This document shows positions 8,993 to 18,400 of a stretch of 64,000 nt of DNA, piece after piece. A program made the translations under genes and the position numbers. Position 1 is the stretch's first letter. Each line of letters starts with the position of its first letter. Origin of the DNA: a virus. The stretch covers positions 1 to 64,000 of the IMG/VR virus record IMGVR_UViG_3300042691_020140; one strand, 5' to 3'. A model generated the notes under the pieces. The model was not told the DNA's origin. It ran no database searches and saw only the letters and a program-made list of their open reading frames with translations.

Positions 8993-10929
8993 GTTGCCGT
9001 AAACTCCTCGAAATAAACATAACTTGAGTTTGATACATATTTTATGTATGCTGCTGGGATCACAGGTACTAGCTGGAATCTATACCTAGAGCCCCGTACT
9101 GGTCTAGTCTCTGAATTTATAGCATTTATAGGCTGATCCTTGCTGTCGAATAGACCGTAGTAATTACTAATCACATGATTTCTTCCGACTCTAATTTTAA
9201 AAACTTTGTTCAGCGAGTTTATCCTGAGTAAAGTCCACGAGTTACCTTGACTTAAGTAAACTTCTATTTTTACATCTAGTCTAACTTGAGTTAGTGGTGA
9301 GTATGGTCTAAATGCGTTAGGAGACTGTAGCACTAAGGATTGAGAGTCTCTTATAAACATTTTATTATAGTAACCGCCAAGTAGTGCAGTATTTTCTAGA
9401 TTTCTGCGTAAATCTAATGTAGGGTAATTGTACACAAATGAATTTTGAGATAATCTACCATACCGAGACACAGGTATAAAGTGCACTTTACTTATTCGAT
9501 TAAAATTAGCTAAACCAGCTATATCTATCCTTGATGTGTTTTCCCCACTTCCGAAGAAAAAATCATTAACTGATATATACCTTTTACTGTCCTCTATGTA
9601 GTCTGTGTAAGCAGCTAGTTGACCCGGACTCCTAAATCTTGGTACGAATCTAGTTTGATTATTAATTAAAATCTCGTAAACTACAAGTATACCAGCAAAT
9701 GGGGTAGCACTTGCAGTTGTGAGTAAGTAGTTCCAACTACCATTACTTAAATCTATGATGTGTCTATCGTAAAACATTCGTACAGATTCGTTAAACGCCG
9801 GAGAATCTACAGTATAGTCAGTTGGTACATTGTAATTTGTTGTAATATCATTACCTGTATACGCTACATTTGCGTTTGACTCTACTCTAGTTAACCTTAC
9901 CTGATACCTAGAGTTTAGATTATACAAGTTATTTAAGTTAATCAGTGGGGTTGTAGAAGAACTAAAACCAGAAAATACAGAATTTTGCTTGAAATTAGAA
10001 AATGCTGTAATAGGTATAGATACTACTACTTTAGTGTCACTGAAATCATTAGTACCACTGCTATGTCTAGCGGAGTAGAGTCGGTTAGTCACAGTTGTTG
10101 TATTTGTAGTCGAGATGTCATATATTTCTATATCTAGAGATTTTAATGCTATCTGTCTAAACCTTAGTACAATGTTGTTGTTTTCATAGCTAACTACAAC
10201 ATCAGATATATCTGCGCCCCGTAATTGGTCTGGTGTTAGATAATACGTAGTACTTACTGGAACTCTGAACAAAAATTCTGAGGATGTATTTGAGTTATCT
10301 GGACTTAAGTCCTGATACATGGCTTGACCATATACTCTAAGACTGTACATTGATCCGTAAAACAAGTCTTTTATCTCATCATCAGATAGAGTTCTTAGTT
10401 CAGTTAAGTCAATATCAACCCCAGATGCTCTTAGTATCTCTAAGACAGTGTACTTTAAGAATAAAGCCCTGATATTATTAGTAGCGTCGTATACACCAAC
10501 TGTTCTGTTACTAGGACCTACATGAGTTACTGATGTGGTAACAAATGATGTTATGTTAGGAATTGGGTCTCCGGGTACTTTAAACTCATCATCATCGTAA
10601 TTATCAAACACACCTTTGTCAAAGGATAGGAATACTCTTAATTTGTTTATGTCTACATTAGCATTAATAATGCGGACAGTTAACTTGGGTATTCTTACCG
10701 AGAATGTAATTCTTCTGGCGAAAGTTCTATTATTCTCTGTAAATATAGTAAATGTAGTTTTTACCCAAGACGTAGATGATTGCAGAAAAATTTTGTAACC
10801 AGCTTCTCTTGACTGTCTAATAACACCACCAGTATATGGGTTATACCTAGTTGGTACTGCATTTGGTGGTGGGGTTGTTGATGTGGATTTTTGGTCGATA
10901 ATCCTAAGCGGACTATTTTTATTTGTCAT
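8989..10929 (-). CDS. minor tail/baseplate protein
   Basis: 646 aa, beta-rich, translationally coupled within the tail operon. Confidence 0.55.
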   Translation of the reverse strand: MTNKNSPLRIIDQKSTSTTPPPNAVPTRYNPYTGGVIRQSREAGYKIFLQSSTSWVKTTFTIFTENNRTFARRITFSVRIPKLTVRIINANVDINKLRVFLSFDKGVFDNYDDDEFKVPGDPIPNITSFVTTSVTHVGPSNRTVGVYDATNNIRALFLKYTVLEILRASGVDIDLTELRTLSDDEIKDLFYGSMYSLRVYGQAMYQDLSPDNSNTSSEFLFRVPVSTTYYLTPDQLRGADISDVVVSYENNNIVLRFRQIALKSLDIEIYDISTTNTTTVTNRLYSARHSSGTNDFSDTKVVVSIPITAFSNFKQNSVFSGFSSSTTPLINLNNLYNLNSRYQVRLTRVESNANVAYTGNDITTNYNVPTDYTVDSPAFNESVRMFYDRHIIDLSNGSWNYLLTTASATPFAGILVVYEILINNQTRFVPRFRSPGQLAAYTDYIEDSKRYISVNDFFFGSGENTSRIDIAGLANFNRISKVHFIPVSRYGRLSQNSFVYNYPTLDLRRNLENTALLGGYYNKMFIRDSQSLVLQSPNAFRPYSPLTQVRLDVKIEVYLSQGNSWTLLRINSLNKVFKIRVGRNHVISNYYGLFDSKDQPINAINSETRPVRGSRYRFQLVPVIPAAYIKYVSNSSYVYFEEFTAT

Positions 10930-13352
10930 GATGGCTCCTCATAAAACTCTGAGGCATAGATTATAGAATCCCCCTTTAGATAGTAATACTGACCATAGGC
11001 TAAGTCATCTATACTGTCTAAGTGAAATATTACAGTCTGCTCAGCATCCCCAGAAACAATCTGCTGAGATTTAGCAATCTTTATATCAACTGAACCATCG
11101 GGTACTAAGCTACCTTCGGGGTCTGTATCTCTTTTAAGTTCCTCAATTTCACCATAGTACAGAGTAATGTTCTTCCCTCTGGCTATCAGTATATTACCTA
11201 TACGCTGTTTGGCGAAGAAGAAAAACTTTTCGTTGTACTCTTTAAACGTACCCGCATTGTTTAGAATTGAAATAGGTCTGCCCCAAAACATATCATAAAA
11301 CTTAAAGTGTGGATTTACTAAAAACATGTCTGAGTAAACATTAGTAATTTCTGTGTTTATAACATTTAGGTGATTAACTAAACCACTATATGCCATTTGT
11401 GTTGTTGGCTCTAATTTGGTAGGCGCATCATAAATTCTGTTGTCTGGATTACTGACAGTCATACCCAATACTTGGCAATAAGAAATATAGTTTGCTTTAG
11501 TCTGGAGGGTTCTTGAGAAGTGGTCGTATATATTTACATAAATCTGAGAATAACCTTTACTCTTGTTTTTAAATATCCATTTATAATTACTATCATTGTA
11601 TTGAGTAACTTGAGTGTATTGTATATCTTTTTCTTGTTCGGTAGAGCTAACTACGATTTTATTTACATAATCACCCATAGCATCATTTAAAGAAGCATCC
11701 CCAACAAAACCATATTGGATTGTTTCATTGTCACCCTGAGCTTTAAGCAGTCCCCATTTCTCATTTACACCCGACTCTGCCGTCTTTTCAAAAACTATAC
11801 CAACTGAGTCTTCCCACATACCTTGAGTTAAATAAAACTTAGAGTATGTAGCATTGTGATTCAAAGAGTTTTGTTGAAACTCTGGACTAAACACAGGTGT
11901 AGTTGGTGTTGGTATTCTAACACTATACATCTTATTTAGGTAAGTCTTAATATTAGCTGAATTAAACGAGGTGGTTACTGTCTCGTGCTTACCGAATATG
12001 GAACCGTAGATATTTTGAGTTTGATAATGACCTACAATATGACTAGATAATCTTCCGTTTGGGTTCGGCCAGTTTAAGTAAGAACGTCTTGTGCTTGTTT
12101 GAGAAACTGGCTGGTCTGGTAGGTCAAGCATAATAAACTGTCTAGCTTCTGTGTTACCATAAAATCTAAAGTTTAAATAAAGTGTATTGTATACATCAAA
12201 ATAAGGACTCCAAGCAAATGTAGCTAGATTAGTCTGTGCATTAAATGACCGGTTCATATCTAACATTTTACCTACGTCTTCGATGCTGTCCTTATCCTTG
12301 TCTAGTAATGAAGTTCCTTTATTGTCAGTAGGCAACCAATAGTTTTCTATAAAATAGTCCCACTCACCTTTAACAATATCTTGTTCTAGTAGTCTTGATG
12401 AGGCAGTACCACCCCAAGCACTTAGATAAACTATAGATCCTGTAAGTGGCATAGGTCTGTTTCTGAGACGCTCTACAACATATTTTTGTTTTTGAGTTAA
12501 TATAGATAAGTTATTCTGACTTAGTACATTATTTCCTGTAGTGGTAAAAGCGGTTGCGGGCCAGTTAGCAGTGTAAGATAAGTCACCGTCAACCTTTGCA
12601 TAAAGCATTGAGTAAAAAATGTGTGAGTTAGCTACATTAAATCCGCTAAACTTAGCTTTCCAAAAGAACTTGTTAAAGAAGCTATCATAGCCATTACCTC
12701 TAGACGCAGTTATGGTAGGATTAGAGTGTGTAACAAGAACTAACTTAATCTCAACAATCTCACCATCCTGAAGACCCATGTTGTCTAGTGACATTGTTAG
12801 AGTAGACATTCTAGAGTCTCTTTTGATTACCTGTGTTTGTAGTATAGTTTCTCTGTTATTTTCGTCATTGTTTGCATGACCGTCTTTTATATTAAACGCA
12901 TACGATATACCGCTTTTGACTATGGTAGAAGTACCTAATGAACTTAATGGTGTAGCGGCGCAAAATCTACTCAATGAGTTTGAGTAAAGTGTTTTATAGT
13001 CAAAAGATGTGTACTTAACAATAACTGCTATACTTACATCGTTAAATTGTGTGTAGTTATACTCATTAAATACATTATGTAACCCACTATCTAGTTTTAT
13101 ATGAAAGCCCAAGTAGGCGTTCTTCATACCCTCTCGGTACATAAAACTACCTTTCCATATGTCATAGTCAGGACTTTTCCAAGTTAGTGGAAGCACCTTA
13201 GGTGCGTAAGCGTGGCTATCCATAAATAGTGGTTGCGGCGAATTCAACAGGTTCTTGGCAGTAGTGTTATTGTGGTAAAAGTTATTTAAATCTTCTGCTG
13301 CAATAGGTTGTCCAAAAAAGAACTCTGGTACTGCTTGAAAGTCTACATTCAT
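10926..13352 (-). CDS. minor tail/baseplate protein
   Basis: 808 aa between the hub-like gene and the fiber genes. Confidence 0.55.
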   Translation of the reverse strand: MNVDFQAVPEFFFGQPIAAEDLNNFYHNNTTAKNLLNSPQPLFMDSHAYAPKVLPLTWKSPDYDIWKGSFMYREGMKNAYLGFHIKLDSGLHNVFNEYNYTQFNDVSIAVIVKYTSFDYKTLYSNSLSRFCAATPLSSLGTSTIVKSGISYAFNIKDGHANNDENNRETILQTQVIKRDSRMSTLTMSLDNMGLQDGEIVEIKLVLVTHSNPTITASRGNGYDSFFNKFFWKAKFSGFNVANSHIFYSMLYAKVDGDLSYTANWPATAFTTTGNNVLSQNNLSILTQKQKYVVERLRNRPMPLTGSIVYLSAWGGTASSRLLEQDIVKGEWDYFIENYWLPTDNKGTSLLDKDKDSIEDVGKMLDMNRSFNAQTNLATFAWSPYFDVYNTLYLNFRFYGNTEARQFIMLDLPDQPVSQTSTRRSYLNWPNPNGRLSSHIVGHYQTQNIYGSIFGKHETVTTSFNSANIKTYLNKMYSVRIPTPTTPVFSPEFQQNSLNHNATYSKFYLTQGMWEDSVGIVFEKTAESGVNEKWGLLKAQGDNETIQYGFVGDASLNDAMGDYVNKIVVSSTEQEKDIQYTQVTQYNDSNYKWIFKNKSKGYSQIYVNIYDHFSRTLQTKANYISYCQVLGMTVSNPDNRIYDAPTKLEPTTQMAYSGLVNHLNVINTEITNVYSDMFLVNPHFKFYDMFWGRPISILNNAGTFKEYNEKFFFFAKQRIGNILIARGKNITLYYGEIEELKRDTDPEGSLVPDGSVDIKIAKSQQIVSGDAEQTVIFHLDSIDDLAYGQYYYLKGDSIIYASEFYEEPS

Positions 13353-13361
13353 TAAAACCTC

Positions 13362-15056
13362 CTAGAAAGATAGTACACGCTGGTCGTTAGTGTTGTAAGT
13401 AGTCCCTACTTCAAAAACATCAGATTCTGTGTATAAACCAGAAACTGATATTAACTCTAAGTCTATTGTGTGCATGTTGTTTGATATTATGTAACCGTAT
13501 ACTTTAAATGAATCATTAATACCGTAAGCTGTGCTGTTGACATTAATTACGTCACCTATATTTATACTGTCGCTATAAGGTACCGACTTGACTGATATTT
13601 TTTGCCGGGTGTTCTGCATAAGATTAGCAGCTACATCAGCAAATCTACGGGCCTGACTCTTTGACTGTATGTATGGATTATCCCCCAACTTAAGTTGACG
13701 ATAACCACTGATAGTAGCGAATTGATTTATTTGCTTGATGTAAGATTCTGGTGGACCACCATCTAATGCCCTACCGAACAAAGTAACCTGAGCCATGTAT
13801 ACTGAAGATTGGTCTGGTATGACATCATTAGTTACATGTAGAGTTGTACTCTGACTTGAGCTAACCCCTGTGTCTCTTACTTGCACAAAATTACCTAAAG
13901 CACCAGAAGCTACATATTTAGGGATATAAAAAGTATTGTGTGGGGCTACTCTAGCATTGATGTTTCTCTGTCTACCAAATAAGTCAACCGCAGTTATCTT
14001 GTCCTTTACTACTTTGTTAACTGAAGAAACTATAGTATCAGTGAGTTGTCCTGATATAGTCTTGTTAACCAACTTCCACACAGGTTTTTCAAACTCAACT
14101 CTGCGCTCAAGTGACTCGCCAAACTTTAGGTACTCATCAAAAACTCCACTAAAAACTTCTTGAGAAGCTGACAAGTATCTAGGATTAAATGTGACTACTA
14201 AGTCTTTATAAGGTTCTGTATTATAATCACCTAATTCTATATCTGAGTAGTTAGAGTCGGTAAGAGTTACGCCTGTAGAAGTTTTTCTAATATTAAAAAC
14301 ATTCTCATATACAATCATACCATCTTGGTCTTGAAAAAGCAAACCGCCAGATGCTTTACACAGTAACGACAAGTCATTGAATAAATTCTCGTAGTTAAAC
14401 CAAATCCACTCAGGATTTATAATTGAAGATTGACAGTCATAATAAAATTTAGGTAAGTAATTAACTAAAGCATCCTCAAATGGTAAGTAGATAGTTCTGT
14501 ACTTATGTGGCCTACCACCCATTAACCAAAGTATAGCATTGATTACTCCGACATTAGCTCCCTCGGCTCTTGTGGGGTCTTGAGCTAATGACAGAGTATA
14601 TTTAGTCGCATTATCACCAGCCCCCGGTATGAACGTAGCAACTTTTCTGTTTCTAAATAATGGTGTTTCTAGTAGGGTGATATTAAGTAAGTCTAGGTAA
14701 CCTCTACAAGTAAAGGTTACTGATGTCTTGTCCTCTGAGCGTACAAAAGTTAATCCGTCAAACAATTTAAAGTAACTAACGCCGTTATTTACGCTGTAGT
14801 AAATCTCTACCTTGTTTAATCTCCAGTCAAATGACCTACCTAGAAAGTTAGCTATGGTTGTATCTTGACCAGCTTTAGGTTTGATGATATTTATGACTGT
14901 ATTAGGCGGGTCAGCAACTCCTGTCAGTAACTCAGTGTTTTCTTGAAACTGAACGGATTGAGTAGGCTCGATAGACTGAATTAGTCTAGGCGGTATTACA
15001 AAGCTAGTGCCATCGCCTATAGTAATCTTTATATAGCTATTTGTTTTGTAAATCAT
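13362..15056 (-). CDS. tail tip/baseplate hub-like protein
   Basis: Second gene after the tape measure; DNPYIQ...GDVINV C-terminal pattern of hub proteins. Confidence 0.6.
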   Translation of the reverse strand: MIYKTNSYIKITIGDGTSFVIPPRLIQSIEPTQSVQFQENTELLTGVADPPNTVINIIKPKAGQDTTIANFLGRSFDWRLNKVEIYYSVNNGVSYFKLFDGLTFVRSEDKTSVTFTCRGYLDLLNITLLETPLFRNRKVATFIPGAGDNATKYTLSLAQDPTRAEGANVGVINAILWLMGGRPHKYRTIYLPFEDALVNYLPKFYYDCQSSIINPEWIWFNYENLFNDLSLLCKASGGLLFQDQDGMIVYENVFNIRKTSTGVTLTDSNYSDIELGDYNTEPYKDLVVTFNPRYLSASQEVFSGVFDEYLKFGESLERRVEFEKPVWKLVNKTISGQLTDTIVSSVNKVVKDKITAVDLFGRQRNINARVAPHNTFYIPKYVASGALGNFVQVRDTGVSSSQSTTLHVTNDVIPDQSSVYMAQVTLFGRALDGGPPESYIKQINQFATISGYRQLKLGDNPYIQSKSQARRFADVAANLMQNTRQKISVKSVPYSDSINIGDVINVNSTAYGINDSFKVYGYIISNNMHTIDLELISVSGLYTESDVFEVGTTYNTNDQRVLSF

Positions 15057-15427
15057 ACTTGGATTAACCCTATGTTGACATCGTACACTTTAACGCCACG
15101 TAATGATATTTTAGTAGCTGCTACAGTCTCATCAAACGAGTCTTTTTCTGTTAAAACTGTGTACTTAGTCCCATCTATGTCTTGAAAGACAAATTGATCC
15201 GGAGTAGTAAACACAGTATGTAAGTTAACGGCGGTAGTTTCTGATACATTCTGAAACTTTAGTTTAAATTTCTTTTTAAAGTTTCTATGGAATCTATGGG
15301 TAGTACCGTCTAATGCCACTATGTCGTCACCTATGTTAACAATAGTGGTCTGTATATCATTAGGTTTGATTTCATATTGGAATTGGGTACCTCCTGTGAG
15401 GTACCCACTTATAAAAATTGTAGCCAT
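15053..15427 (-). CDS. distal tail (Dit-like) protein
   Basis: 124 aa directly after the tape measure; ALDGT...KFKLKF pattern. Confidence 0.55.
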   Translation of the reverse strand: MATIFISGYLTGGTQFQYEIKPNDIQTTIVNIGDDIVALDGTTHRFHRNFKKKFKLKFQNVSETTAVNLHTVFTTPDQFVFQDIDGTKYTVLTEKDSFDETVAATKISLRGVKVYDVNIGLIQV

Positions 15428-15435
15428 ATTTCTCC

Positions 15436-18400
15436 TTAAGGAGTGAGTGTCACTCTGAGTCTATTACCTATTACAACTCTACCAAGAGTGTTTACAAGAC
15501 CGGTAAGTGCAGTAGTATTGTCCGAAAGAGCATCAGTGTTATCAGACAGAGACCTGAGTTGCTGTACCACCGCTGGGTCTAAATCCTGAGCTGGACTGGC
15601 ATCAAGAGAATCAAGAGAGTCAAACAATCCTTTAAAGATTGGTTTGAGTTCTGGGCCTGCTTGGTTCATAATCGCACTCTCACTGGTCTCAATTAATTTC
15701 TTTTGGTTTGCTATTGCTTGATCCGATGCGCCCATTGTGTACAGCTTAGCCAGTTGGTTTACTTTTACACGATACATCTCCAAAGAAATTACTAAGTTTC
15801 TGTTAGCTAACTCTTGCTTAGTCGCAGCGTCGTCAGTTTTTGACCTTTCTTCTACTGATTTGTTGTAAGCCTTTTCCATATCCGCAAGTTTGTCTTTAAA
15901 ATCTTGCTCTCTTTTCTCTACTTCTTTTTTGTAATCAGTAGTTATTTGCTCTTCTTTCAGCCTAGCTTGCTCAACTTCCTCACGGTCAGCGTCAGCTCTT
16001 AGTTGTCTCAAGCCCTCAATTTGTTTAATTCTGTTTTCAGCGTCTAATTTATCTTGATTAGCTTTATCAATTTTTCTCTGTATTTCTTCTCGGTCGTCTT
16101 TCTCTTTTGCATCTTTTAAATCTTTCTGTAAATCAATAATCTCTTTATCAGCATCTTTTATTTTCTCTTTGTTATCTATAACTTCAGCATCGTATTTAGC
16201 TTGATTGAGTATTTGTTGACTACCAGTTTCAAGCACTGCTTCGGCGGCTGTGAAGTTACCCTCACCTCTAAGTTTAGTAGCTTCCGCTTCATATCCCTTA
16301 AACTGGTCTATGTAAGTAGCTCTCTGTTCGTTGGTCAAGTCCATGCCAAAAAGACTTTCGTAAAAGTCAGCTTTATTACCACGCTTACTTATTTCGCTTT
16401 CTTGTAAAAGCCTTTTCATATCTTCGTAGTATTCTTCAGCCAGTTCTTTCATGTCTTTTTGATAATCTTTTTCAGCATCTGCTCTGTCTTCCAAGTATTC
16501 TTTCTCAAGCTTAGCTAGTTTGTCAGCATCAGATTCTTTGTCTTCCTTGTCCATCATTTGTTTGGTAAGTCCAATAACTTGACTGGCTATATTAAAAGCT
16601 TCGTCTTGATTTCTTGGACCAGACGAGAAGTTAGCTCTAGTACCTTGAGTAAGTTGTTCCATTCTAAAACTTAACTGGTCTTGCAGTGACGTTAACGGTA
16701 GAATTGTTCCTAAGTTAAAGTTACTCATAGACTTATTGAACTCTAGAGCTAGTTCTACAATCTGTTGCATAGACAAATTAAATCTACCAGCTTCTGAATT
16801 CAAAACCTGCAATACACTAACTGACCTATCAGCTTCAAACGCATACTCAGCTTGGAGTCTTTGTGCTTGACTAAGGGCTTCTAACTGCGCTAATGTACCT
16901 GCCTTAGCTTCGTCTGTAGTATCTACGACGTTTAAAAGCTCAGCGTTCTGCTTGACCATAAGCATGTTAGCATCGCCCAAACCCTTGTTGCGCTCGTACT
17001 GTCTAATAACGGCATCGGCTACTACATCGGATTGTTGTCTTGAAAGCTCATTTAAAAATTCAGTAGCTTTGTTTACTCTGTCTACACCAAAGCTTTGGTC
17101 ATTAGTAAGCTTTACAATCTTTGAAAGTTCTTCAGATATTTGAACATAAGGGTTTACTGGTGGTGTGTAAACAGCCGGTTGTTCTTCTTGAATACCTAGT
17201 AAGTCAATTAAAGTTTGTATGTAATCTGCATACTCAGCTCTACGCTTTTCCGCTGTATCTGCTAAAACTATATCAGCTCTTTGCATCTGCAACATGAGTT
17301 GAGCATCTTGAGTAGCATTTCCAGTCAACATACCAGTACTGTCTAACCGTTCTCTAGCCCCAGACCTAGTTAGGTATCTTTCTATAGCTGCATCAGCATT
17401 ACCAAAGTCTAATTGATAAGTCATCTCTGCTCTAGCTCTATCAGCTGGAGCCATATTAGCTAAGTCCTGTATAGGTCTTTCGAGTAAATCACGTATTTGA
17501 GGCATCAACTCGGTCTCAAGCATTACCATATCCTGAGGAGCTTGCTGCCTACTAGCCATTATCTGCGCTTGAATGTTGCCTCTGGCTAAAGGTCCCTCAA
17601 TACCAAACAACCCAGATTGACCAGTTTCAGCATATTCAATCATGTCAAACAAACGATTAAATCGCCCATCTACATTATTGACAAGCTCTGCAATCTGCAT
17701 CATCTCTTCAGTATTGAGTACGTCGTCAATCCCGCCTTGTAAGTTTTCTGGGTTTACTCTATTCTCTAGAATTCTGTTCGTATCTACACCAAACTGACCA
17801 GCTTGGTTAAGCAGTGTCGCAAAATCTGTCTCGTCTTGTCTAATGGTCGGTATAGCTAGTTCACCCGAGGCTATTCTCGCTTCGTTAATCTGTGCGATAT
17901 ACTCGTTTAATTTTTCAATTAGACTGTCAAGGGCTGATTCGCTACCAGTAATTGACATGTTAATTGCATCGAAGTAATTAGGGCTTACTTCAGTACGTTC
18001 AAACTGTACAGACAACTCTCTGAAAGCGTCTGAAAGACTGGCTATTTGAGTTAAAGCCTCGTTAGTACTTTCTCGTCTGAGTTGTACATCCGCAAGTTCA
18101 TCTGAGTAATTGCTAAGCCAATCGTTAAGTGCCCTAGTGGTTGGTAAGAAAGCGTCCTGAAGACCAGTACCTACAAGCGTAGTGGCGTTCTGTATATTAC
18201 CTGTAAGTCTATCATACTCAGCCGCAGTCGATTGCGCTCTGGCTTCCAAAACAGCATTTGAAATACCTAAATCCGCAAGAACCTCATCAAGCTTCTGCAA
18301 TCTCTCAGTTTCGTCAGCAATATCTTTAACACTGTTAAGTGTTTTTCTATCGATTTCAAAACGTCTAGAAAGAGATGTAATGTCACCTGAAAAGAATTCT